Below, piece after piece: positions 18,780 to 27,009 of a DNA stretch of 64,000 nucleotides. Origin of the DNA: an uncultured Armatimonadetes bacterium (GTDB lineage: Bacteria; Armatimonadota; Hebobacteria; Hebobacterales; Hebobacteraceae); the NCBI GenBank assembly GCA_963716175.1, contig OY970296.1, forward strand, positions 3,936,001-4,000,000. The letters are read 5' to 3'. The position numbers and the translations under genes were made by a program. The notes below the pieces were generated by a model that had not been told where the DNA came from, ran no database searches, and was given only the letters and a program-made list of their open reading frames with translations. Position 1 is the first letter of the stretch; each line of letters begins with the position of its first letter.

Positions 18780-20303
18780 ATGCGCTCCCTGGCCTGTCTC
18801 TTGGCTGCGCTCGCGCTTGCCCTGGACGCCGCCGGTTCGTTCGCCGCTGCCCTCCCTCCCACCGTGATGGAAATCCGTGCCGACGTGGTAGAGCTCGATC
18901 TTAGCCGCCAGACCACGCGCGCTCATGGCCAGACGCGGCTCGACTACGGCAACCTGGAGCTGCATGCGGATCAGGTCACGGCCAATCGTGCGACCGGGGA
19001 GATAGAGGCGAGCGGACATCTCGCGCTAGTGCAGCAGGGCCGGCGGCTGGAGGGAGACAGCCTCAAGTACGACTATCGCCGGGAAGAAGGATCGCTGACT
19101 CAGGCGCGGGTGCGAGAGCAGGGCGTGGTGATCCGGGGAGAGAGCATCGAGTTCTCACCCACCCGCGTGGTGGCGCATCATGCCAGTTTCACCACCTGCG
19201 ACAAGCAGCCCCCGGACTACGCGCTGGGGGCGGATCTGATCTCGCTCACGGCACTTCAGCCGGGCCCACAGGGGCGCCCCGAGTCGGGGCGCCTCACCCT
19301 CGACCGCGCCCGGGTGATCTACCATGGCCATCGCCTGTTCACTCTGCCACGCTACACGGTCTCGGTGGGACAGATCGGCCAGGCCGGGACTTCCCCTTTC
19401 CCGGCCAGCGGCTTCGATCGGGACGATGGGCCCTATGGGCAGATCTCATACTCGCTGGGGCGCGCCGCGGCTGCGACGACGGCCGACCTCTCCTACCGCC
19501 TCACCAGCTTCCGGGGTGTGCGAGGCTACCTGAAGCTGCGGCGAAACGCCGGGCCCCTGGAGCTGAGCACGAGCTACGTGCGGCGAGAGGCCTCGAGCGA
19601 CCGGGAGGTGCAAGCGGACGAGTTCACCACTCATCTCGCCGACGTCATGGTGAACCGGGAGCCGGAGTTCCGAGCGGCCATTCCGGCCCTGCCTGTTGGC
19701 CGGTCCCTTCGCCTGCGGGCCGAGGTGCTCCAGGGATCGTACTCCGAGACCCGGCTGACCAAGTCGGAGATCCGCGCCCGCGCCGATCGCACTGCACTCA
19801 GCGCCCTACTGGTCTCCACGCCCTATCGGGTTTTTCGTGATCTAACTCTCAGCCAGGCCATGGGCTGGCGGCGATCCGACTACTCGTCGGGAGATCGCTT
19901 CGACATCCGGTTGGTGCGCCACAGCCTCGACTTCGCGCCCAGCGGGCCGGCGCGGCTCTCGCTCTCCTACGTGTCCCGGCGCGGAGACGGGAGAACGCCG
20001 TTCCTGTTCGACGCCATTGAGGTGGGCCGGGAGCTGCTGGCGGACGTGCGGCTGCGCCTGGGTCCGCGCTGGCAGGTCCGACTAGTTGATCTCTATGACC
20101 TCACGCGGCGGGATTCGCGTGATATCATGCTGGCGGTGACGCGCACCGTCCACTGCTTGGACTACACTGTCGGTTGGCGGAAATCGCGGGGGACGTTGTT
20201 CTTCGGGATCGGCCTCACTCCCCCCTCCGCACCAGAGCGGGAGCATGAGCGAGCGGGAGCGGCGACGGCGGATTATCGAATACCTGCGCTCGGGGAAGAC
20301 TGA
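18780..20303 (+). CDS. LptD/OstA-like outer membrane protein
   Basis: EIRADVVELD, LHADQV..GEIEASG, ASFTTCD jellyroll motifs followed by beta-barrel-like strands. Confidence 0.75.
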   Translation: MRSLACLLAALALALDAAGSFAAALPPTVMEIRADVVELDLSRQTTRAHGQTRLDYGNLELHADQVTANRATGEIEASGHLALVQQGRRLEGDSLKYDYRREEGSLTQARVREQGVVIRGESIEFSPTRVVAHHASFTTCDKQPPDYALGADLISLTALQPGPQGRPESGRLTLDRARVIYHGHRLFTLPRYTVSVGQIGQAGTSPFPASGFDRDDGPYGQISYSLGRAAAATTADLSYRLTSFRGVRGYLKLRRNAGPLELSTSYVRREASSDREVQADEFTTHLADVMVNREPEFRAAIPALPVGRSLRLRAEVLQGSYSETRLTKSEIRARADRTALSALLVSTPYRVFRDLTLSQAMGWRRSDYSSGDRFDIRLVRHSLDFAPSGPARLSLSYVSRRGDGRTPFLFDAIEVGRELLADVRLRLGPRWQVRLVDLYDLTRRDSRDIMLAVTRTVHCLDYTVGWRKSRGTLFFGIGLTPPSAPEREHERAGAATADYRIPALGED

Positions 20304-21462
20304 CGCAGCCGCCAGCGAACTGGCTGGCTCCCGAGAGGTCTACCCGGGGGACGGCGCGCTCCATCATGTGATCGGGATGGCCTTCGCTGCCACCGGCACG
20401 CTGGGGCCGGCGTTAGAGGAGCTGGAGACCGCGGCCAAGCTCGACCCTCGGTCGGCCCAGACTCTGGCCGATCTGGCCCAGGTGCAGCTGGCGCGAGGCG
20501 ATACCGAGAGCGCGATCGGCTCGGCCGAGCAAGCGATGGCACTGGCCCCGGACCTGGCGTTGGCCCGCTTCACCCTGGGGCGGGCCTGCCTCGCGGCCGA
20601 GCACGCCAGCCAAGCCCGGAGGCCGCCTTCTCCCCTGCCCGGCGAGCATTTCCCACTGGCAGACGGCCGCACCCCGGCCTACCTGCGCGCGCTCCGCGAA
20701 ATGGAGACCGCGCTGGATGCCAGGCCGCCTTTCCTGGACGCGGTGCGAGCGGCGCTGACCTTGGCCTATCAGCGGGCCGGACACTACCACGCCGCGTGGG
20801 AGCAACTGCGCAGCCGGCTGGCCGAGCAGCCGATGGACCGGGAAACCAACGAGATCCAAGCTCGGCTCCAGAATGTGAGCAATGAGATCATCCGGGAGCG
20901 ATACTGGGCGATGGAGGAGGCCGATCTGCCCGGGATCGAGCGAGCGGCGCGAGCGCCGGAGGCGCGGCCGGAGGCGAAGCTGCGTCTGGCGCACGCCTAC
21001 GCCGCGGTGGGCCAGGACGAGCGATTGGCGGCCGCTCTCGCACAGGCGCGACAGTCCGGCTATCACCCAGCAGATGCGGAGGTCACCCGCACCGGGGACA
21101 GACGGCGCTATGCCGGCACCTCGGACGCGCATGTGCTGATCGGCGGCGGCCTGGAATGCGTCATTGACGAACAGCTCCGCTTCCTGCCCTATGCTGGCAT
21201 TCGCAGCATCCGCTGCGGCGAGCCGCGGCTATGGCGGGAGGTGAGCATAGAGTTCGCCGATGGCGGTCGAGCGGAGGGGCTGGCGCCCGCACTCTACCGT
21301 CTCTCTCTGCGCAGCCCCAGCGAGTTCATCCAGAGCGGCCGGTTCACGCAGTTGAGCTACGGCCCCGGGGAGACCCGCTACGCCTATGCCATCGGCGCCC
21401 GGAACCTGATCAGCGATTCCGGTGTCATCCCCTTCGCCGAAGTGGAGTCAGTGGTATTCTGA
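20245..21462 (+). CDS. TPR protein with C-terminal ImpE/TagJ-like domain
   Basis: N-terminal TPRs; DAHVLIGGGLECVI..FLPYAGIRSI..LWREV..GLAPALY..GARNLISDSG resembles the ImpE pattern as I recall it. Confidence 0.7.
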   Translation: MSERERRRRIIEYLRSGKTDAAASELAGSREVYPGDGALHHVIGMAFAATGTLGPALEELETAAKLDPRSAQTLADLAQVQLARGDTESAIGSAEQAMALAPDLALARFTLGRACLAAEHASQARRPPSPLPGEHFPLADGRTPAYLRALREMETALDARPPFLDAVRAALTLAYQRAGHYHAAWEQLRSRLAEQPMDRETNEIQARLQNVSNEIIRERYWAMEEADLPGIERAARAPEARPEAKLRLAHAYAAVGQDERLAAALAQARQSGYHPADAEVTRTGDRRRYAGTSDAHVLIGGGLECVIDEQLRFLPYAGIRSIRCGEPRLWREVSIEFADGGRAEGLAPALYRLSLRSPSEFIQSGRFTQLSYGPGETRYAYAIGARNLISDSGVIPFAEVESVVF

Positions 21463-21463
21463 T

Positions 21464-21557
21464 GATGTTCGCACAACGAAGTAATGTGCGAACATCGCCC
21501 TGTGCCTGTCTGGGCCGCCGCTTGAGCTTCGCCGTGCTACTTCATTCGGCGAAGCTC
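21464..21557. repeat. Double-palindrome element, copy 1
   Basis: Two 11-bp stems (21464-21496 and 21524-21557); homologous to 59835-59928 in reverse orientation. Confidence 0.8.
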
Positions 21558-21605
21558 TTTAGGGGGCCGGCGGGGATGCAAAGCAAGGCCTGTCCTCGGC
21601 TGCGG

Positions 21606-21634
21606 TTCCCATCTCCCGTGCTCCGCGGTATAAT
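21606..21634 (+). promoter_or_regulatory. Sigma70-type promoter
   Basis: TTCCCA-17 bp-TATAAT upstream of ATG 21667. Confidence 0.5.
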
Positions 21635-21666
21635 CACGCCCGAAGACTGCTCTGAGAGGGAGCCAG

Positions 21667-22812
21667 ATGACGCGGAAAGAGCGGGTGAGAGAGGCCATCC
21701 GGCACCGTGAGCCCGACATGGTGCCAGTAGGAGAGTGGATCATAGATTACGAGCCCGCTTCCCTGGTGCTGGGCCGTCCCACCTTCCTGCGCGGCAAGGC
21801 CCAGCTCGCCCACGCGCTCTGGGCGGGGCGGCGAGACGAGATCGTCGCTTCGGTGAAGAGCGACATGGTCGAGTTGGTGGACCGCCTCGACCTCGATCTG
21901 GTGTGCGCCGATCTCACCTGGCCCCGCGGGCTCGAGTATCAGCCACCCGAACAGGTGGACGCGGAGACCTGGCGGGATCGCCACGGGAACGTGTTCCGGT
22001 ACTCGGAGCTGACGCGCGACCTGATGCTGTTGAAGGCGGGCGAGGAGGACTACGAGCCGGCGCGGCCGTCGAGCAGGCAGGAAGGGGAGTTTCGGCCCGA
22101 TCCCTCAGAGCTGGAGGTGATCGAGCACGTGATGGCCGCGCTCGGGAAGACGCACTTCACCTTCACCGGGATGGGCCGGGCCGGCCTGCCCATCTTCACC
22201 GCACTCTGGGTGGAGCGGGACCTGCTGCGCCTGGCGGACGAGGACCCGGAGGTGCTGGCCCAGGAAAGGCTGGAAGGGGCGGAGTGGGCGGCGAAGCGGA
22301 TGCCGTTCTTCGCGGGGCTGGGCTTCGATGCCATCCTGGGCGGCGAGGACTACGGCTTCAACTCCGGCCCGTTCATGTCGCCCGGGACTTTCCGCCGCGT
22401 CTTCTTTCCCGGGCTGCAGCGGATTTGCCAGGCCGCCCACGAGAACGGGCTGTACTACATCTGTCACTCCTGTGGCAACCTGCGGGCCATCCTCCCGCTC
22501 ATGATCGAGGCCGGGATTGATGTCTACCAGGCGATCCAGCCGATCGAGGACATCGCGGGCCTGAAGCGGGATTTCGGGCGCGATCTCTGTCTCTGGGGCG
22601 GGGTGAGCAACCACGATCTGGTGGTGAGCGGTCCCGATGAGATCCGGCGGCAGGTGCGCCATGCCATCGAGACCTGCGCACAGGGGGGTGGGTTCATCCT
22701 CGGCTCCAGCCACAGCATGACGGTGCGCACCCCGCTGGATAACATAGTGGCCATGCTGGAGGCCGCGGGCCGCCATCCCCGGCCGGCTGCGGCGGAAGCG
22801 AGAGCTACCTGA
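21667..22812 (+). CDS. Uroporphyrinogen decarboxylase (URO-D/MtaA) family protein
   Basis: MTRKERV..REPDMVPV, EDYG..PFMSP, HSCG, LKRDFG..LWGGV, GGGFILGSSHS. Confidence 0.88.
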   Translation: MTRKERVREAIRHREPDMVPVGEWIIDYEPASLVLGRPTFLRGKAQLAHALWAGRRDEIVASVKSDMVELVDRLDLDLVCADLTWPRGLEYQPPEQVDAETWRDRHGNVFRYSELTRDLMLLKAGEEDYEPARPSSRQEGEFRPDPSELEVIEHVMAALGKTHFTFTGMGRAGLPIFTALWVERDLLRLADEDPEVLAQERLEGAEWAAKRMPFFAGLGFDAILGGEDYGFNSGPFMSPGTFRRVFFPGLQRICQAAHENGLYYICHSCGNLRAILPLMIEAGIDVYQAIQPIEDIAGLKRDFGRDLCLWGGVSNHDLVVSGPDEIRRQVRHAIETCAQGGGFILGSSHSMTVRTPLDNIVAMLEAAGRHPRPAAAEARAT

Positions 22813-22844
22813 CCCCGCGCGACCACGAGGCAGAGCGCAAGCAG

Positions 22845-23462
22845 ATGGTGGAGTACCAAATCCGCCGCCGCGGCATCTCCGACCGGCGGGTGCTGGCGGC
22901 GATGGAGAAGGTGCCGCGCCACCTCTTTCTCCCCAACCCCGAGGACTTCGCCGCCTACGACGATATGCCGGTCCCCATCGGATGCGGCCAGACTGTCTCG
23001 CAGCCTTACATGGCGGCGGTGATGACGGAGCTACTGCGGCTCAGGGGCGAGGAACGGGTGCTCGAGATCGGCACCGGCTCGGGCTATCAGGCTGCGATTC
23101 TGGCGGAGCTCTGCTCCGAGGTGATCACGGTAGAGCGATTCGAACCGCTGGCGGAACGCGCCCGCTCCCTCCTCGCCGAGCTGGGGTACCAGAACGTGGC
23201 CGTGATCATCGGTGACGGAACCCTGGGCTACCCGGAGAAGGCGCCCTATGATCGCGTCATCGTCACCGCGGCCGCGCCCAAGATCGCCCAGCCCTGGCTC
23301 GACCAACTGGTTGATGAAGGGCGCCTGGTGGTGCCGCTGGGTCAGCGCTGGAGTCAGACCCTGACCCTGATCAAGAAGCGGGGCGGGAGAATCGAGCAGG
23401 AAGACCACGGGGGGTGCGTCTTCGTCCCCCTGGTGGGAGAGCACGGCTGGGGGCAAGGCTGA
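22845..23462 (+). CDS. pcm: Protein-L-isoaspartate O-methyltransferase
   Basis: VPRHLF, GQTVSQPY, VLEIGTGSGYQAA, APYDRVIVTAA, FVPLVG. Confidence 0.96.
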   Translation: MVEYQIRRRGISDRRVLAAMEKVPRHLFLPNPEDFAAYDDMPVPIGCGQTVSQPYMAAVMTELLRLRGEERVLEIGTGSGYQAAILAELCSEVITVERFEPLAERARSLLAELGYQNVAVIIGDGTLGYPEKAPYDRVIVTAAAPKIAQPWLDQLVDEGRLVVPLGQRWSQTLTLIKKRGGRIEQEDHGGCVFVPLVGEHGWGQG

Positions 23463-23482
23463 GGGAGGGGCGGGTTGGTGGT

Positions 23483-23507
23483 GGCAGGAGGCAAGCCCCT
23501 GCCCGAC
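23483..23507 (-). repeat. REP-like hairpin between convergent genes
   Basis: Minus strand GTCGGGCAGGGGCTTGCCTCCTGCC. Confidence 0.55.
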
Positions 23508-23526
23508 TGGCTTCGATTCCTCCTCC

Positions 23527-25196
23527 TCAATCCCCGACGTAGCCCAGCGCGCGCAGCCTTTCCTTCGCCTGCTCCGAGAGCTGGAAGGGCCGGGCTTCCT
23601 CGCCGCGGCTGGCCTGCCACCGGCGGGCCTCTGCCTGGGCCGACTGGGTGAGGGACTTCAGGCGGCTGCGCAGCTCGGAGCCGGCGCCGGTAGCGGCGAG
23701 GTCGTGCCGCTCCTGCCGGTCGGCCCGCCGATCGTAAACCTCGAAGCGGCCGCCGCGGGGACCGCCATAGGGGTGGTAGACCACCCTGTAGCCATCGGTG
23801 GTGAGAGCTGTCTGCTCCAACCCGTACAGCAGGGCCTCCGAGTATACTTCGCACCCGCGGGCGCCATCCCGCCTTGGCAGCGCCTGCACCTTGTGCCCGT
23901 TGAGGTCGGGAGCGTGGGCGAACTCGAGGAGGGTGCCCGCGAGCTCGGCAGAGGCCACGGTCTGGGTCACCCGCTTGTCCGCGGCCACGCCCCGGGGCCA
24001 CTTCACCAACAGGGGAACCGAGAGCACCTCTTCATGCATGCTGTGCCCATGGTCGAACCCGCCGTGGTCGAACAACTCCTCGCCATGGTCGGCCGCCATC
24101 ACCACCAGCGAGTTCTCGTACACTCCGGCCCCTCTCAGGCCCTTCAGCAGTTCACCTGCCCAGCGGTCAACGTAGCGCACCTCTTCCGCGTACATGACCC
24201 GACAGAACTCCTGGTAGCGCCGTCTCGTGCCGGCCGGCGCTTGCCGAATGCCCTGGTACCAGCGCTCTCGCCTCGCCACCCAATGGGAGGGATAGCGGGC
24301 GCGAAGCTGGGGCGGGGTATCAGGCGCGTCGTAGGGGCAGTGGGGGTCGAGGTAATGGACCCAGAGGAAGAACGGCTGGCGGCGGTTCAGCTTGACCCAA
24401 TCGAGCGTATGCTCGGTGAGCGTCTGGGCGTGCGCAAGCTCCGAGTTGGTGCCGTCCGCGCCACCCTCGTTGCGGAAGTGGTCGAACCCGCGGCTCCAGC
24501 CCCGATCCGCCTCCAGGAAGACATTGGTCAACTCCGCGGTGGTGGTGTATCCCGCGCGCTGAAGCTGCTCCGGCAAGAGGTTGATCTCCTCTGGCAAGCG
24601 CGCCCGGCCCCGGTACCAGTCGCTGCCCACCGGCTCCGGGCTCTTGAGACCGCACTGGGAAGGCGGCAGTGAGGTGAAGACGGTCCCGAACGAAGTGAGC
24701 GTCCAGGGCGATCCGACATAGGCGGCGTCGTACTGAGTGGCCTCCCGGGCGAAGGCGTCCAGGTTCGGGGTCAGACCGCGGCCGCTGCCGTAAGCCCCCA
24801 GATGGTCGGTGCGCAGCGCATCGATGGTGATCAAGATCAGGTTCGGCCGCGCGTCGCCGGGCCGACGCGCCAGGGGCGCCGCTTCCCGCAGCCAGCCGCT
24901 AGGCAGGACTGGAGCTAGCCACAACACGGCCGGCGCCAGGGCCAATGCTGCGAGCAGAGCGGTCACCACTCTCCGGCCTGACGGATTCCAGAAATGGCCG
25001 CGCGCGCCCCCGGCCAGAGCCGACCCAGGAGTGGAGAGCATACGACTCCCACCAGCCATCCGACCGCACCACTTCGCAGCAGAGCGAAGAGGCTCAGCCG
25101 CGGCCAGGCTGTGGACCAGTCGCGCAAAGCAAAGACCAGGCCGACGATGAAGCCGAAGAGGCCAGCCGTAGCGAGCGCGGTGACGTATCTGCGCAT
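23527..25196 (-). CDS. Membrane-anchored sulfatase-like hydrolase (frameshift between about 24965 and 25050)
   Basis: PNLILITIDALRTDHL, SPWTLTS, WVHYLDPH, ADHGEE, DHGH; TM-rich ORF 24963..25196 supplies the N-terminus in another frame. Confidence 0.85.
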
Positions 25197-25297
25197 GGCG
25201 TAATCTCTGACTGCCCTCCTACTGGATTCGACGCCGAGCGGGCGCGCCCTGCCCCCAACAGCAGGCGAAGGCAGGCCGCTGGCGAAGGCCGGGCCTC

Positions 25298-26884
25298 ATG
25301 TCGCCGCGTTCTCACTGGTCTCTGGGTATGGGCCTCGCGGTGCTGCTGCTCGCCGCAGCCGCCTTGCTGCTGGCGCCGATGTTGGCTTACCTGTTCGGCC
25401 GCGATCAGGGCGTGTTCGCTTGCGGGGCCGAGGTCCTGGCGCGGGGCGGCGTCCTCTACCGCGATCTATGGGATGTGAAGCCCCCCGGGATCCACTACCT
25501 CTATTGGCTGAGCTTCATCGCCTTCGGACGTTCCATGCTGGCCCCGCGCCTGCTCGACCTGCTGTGGACTCTGGCCACCGCCGGCGGCCTGCTCGTGCTG
25601 AGCAGGCGATTGGCTGCGCCGCTGTGGGCCGCGGTGGCCGGCGCTTTCCTGTTTCTGATTCGATACGCGCTGGGTTTCGACTACTGGCACACCGCCCAGG
25701 GTGATGGCTTCGCCTCCTTACCTCTGACACTGGCGGCGCTCTCTCTGCTGGGCGCGGAGCGCAGGCGCAGTTGGTGGTTGGCGGCAGGGTGCGGTGCGCT
25801 GGTGGGGGCGGCCATCATCATCAAGTTCACATTGGCGGTGTTCCTGGCGCTTCCTCTGATCGCAGTGTTAGTAGCAAGAGAAGAGCGATGGCCGGCGCGG
25901 TTGCTACGGGCGGCGGGCTACGCCTTCGGCTGCCTCGTGGTGATCGCCTTGGTGGCGGCCAGTTTCTGGAAGGCCGGGGCGTTGAAGGACATGGTCGAGA
26001 TCCTGTTCATGTGGAACGCGCGCTATGCCACGATCCGGTCGCCGTACCCGGTGGCCTATGTGATCATCCGGCAGACCCTTCGCTTCCTCTTCGGGGGCCA
26101 GTATCTGGTCCTGAAGCTGATCGGGCTGCTCGGCGTCATCGGGCTGGCCGACCTGGTGGTGAGGCGGCGCGCCGCTCCCTACTGGTGGCTAGCCCCGGCC
26201 TGGTTCGGGGCCATGCTGGTACAGGTTTGGGCGCAGGGGAAATACTACGAGTACCACTGGCTTCCGGTGCTGCCCCCGTTGGGCCTGCTGGCCGGGCAAG
26301 GGATGGCGGCGGCATGGCGCCTGCTGCGGGCGCGAGCGCCCACGCCCACACTGGCGCGGGCCGCGGCCGGGATAGGCCTCGCTCTGCTCCTGGTATGCTG
26401 TGGCTTCGGCTACTGGGCGCAGTTCGCCCCGGAGATCCGCTATGCCACCGGCGCGCTGCCGGCGGCCGATTTCGCAGGCCTGTTCTATGACCGGACGGAT
26501 TTCTCGCTCTCCGCCGACCTGCAAGTGGCATCGTTTCTGAAGAGTCACACCTCACCGCACACGCCCATCTTCATCTGGGGCTTCGAGCCCGTCATCTACT
26601 TCCTGGCCGACAGGCCGCCAGCCAGCCGCTTCATCTCTCAGCATCCACTGGTGACCCCGTGGTCCCCGCCCGCCTGGAGACAGGAGTTGATCAGAGACCT
26701 GACCGCGCGCCCGCCGGCGTATGTGCTCGTGGTACACGATGATGTCATGCCCTGGATGACCATGCGGCCCTACGATTCTGCGACCGAGCTGGCCTACTAC
26801 CCGGAGCTGGCCGGTCTGCTCAACAGCAGCTATCGTCCGGTGGGGAGGATCGAGGACTTCGATATCTGGGGGAGAGCGGGGTGA
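25298..26884 (+). CDS. GT-C fold (PMT/ArnT-like) glycosyltransferase
   Basis: RDQGVF, LYRDLWDVKPPG, many TMs, C-terminal IFIWG..IYFLADR domain. Confidence 0.82.
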   Translation: MSPRSHWSLGMGLAVLLLAAAALLLAPMLAYLFGRDQGVFACGAEVLARGGVLYRDLWDVKPPGIHYLYWLSFIAFGRSMLAPRLLDLLWTLATAGGLLVLSRRLAAPLWAAVAGAFLFLIRYALGFDYWHTAQGDGFASLPLTLAALSLLGAERRRSWWLAAGCGALVGAAIIIKFTLAVFLALPLIAVLVAREERWPARLLRAAGYAFGCLVVIALVAASFWKAGALKDMVEILFMWNARYATIRSPYPVAYVIIRQTLRFLFGGQYLVLKLIGLLGVIGLADLVVRRRAAPYWWLAPAWFGAMLVQVWAQGKYYEYHWLPVLPPLGLLAGQGMAAAWRLLRARAPTPTLARAAAGIGLALLLVCCGFGYWAQFAPEIRYATGALPAADFAGLFYDRTDFSLSADLQVASFLKSHTSPHTPIFIWGFEPVIYFLADRPPASRFISQHPLVTPWSPPAWRQELIRDLTARPPAYVLVVHDDVMPWMTMRPYDSATELAYYPELAGLLNSSYRPVGRIEDFDIWGRAG

Positions 26885-26886
26885 GC

Positions 26887-26917
26887 GGCGGCGATGCCTG
26901 CGGCATGGCCGCCCTAC
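26887..26917 (-). repeat. GTAG-type REP-like hairpin
   Basis: Minus strand GTAGGGCGGCCATGCCGCAGGCATCGCCGCC. Confidence 0.55.
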
Positions 26918-26930
26918 AAGCGACGGCGAT

Positions 26931-26959
26931 GTGACGGGCGCGAGGGGATGTGCTAGAAT
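26931..26959 (+). promoter_or_regulatory. Promoter for pcrA
   Basis: GTGACG-17 bp-TAGAAT with extended TG. Confidence 0.55.
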
Positions 26960-27009
26960 GGCAGCGCCAATCTGCTTGTTCTCCATCTCTGGGGTCATGG
27001 TGATCCATC

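Noticed and set aside
20245-20303. 59-bp overlap of the LptD-like and TPR genes as a sixth frameshift
   Set aside because: Possible, but there is no independent evidence; both frames are complete.
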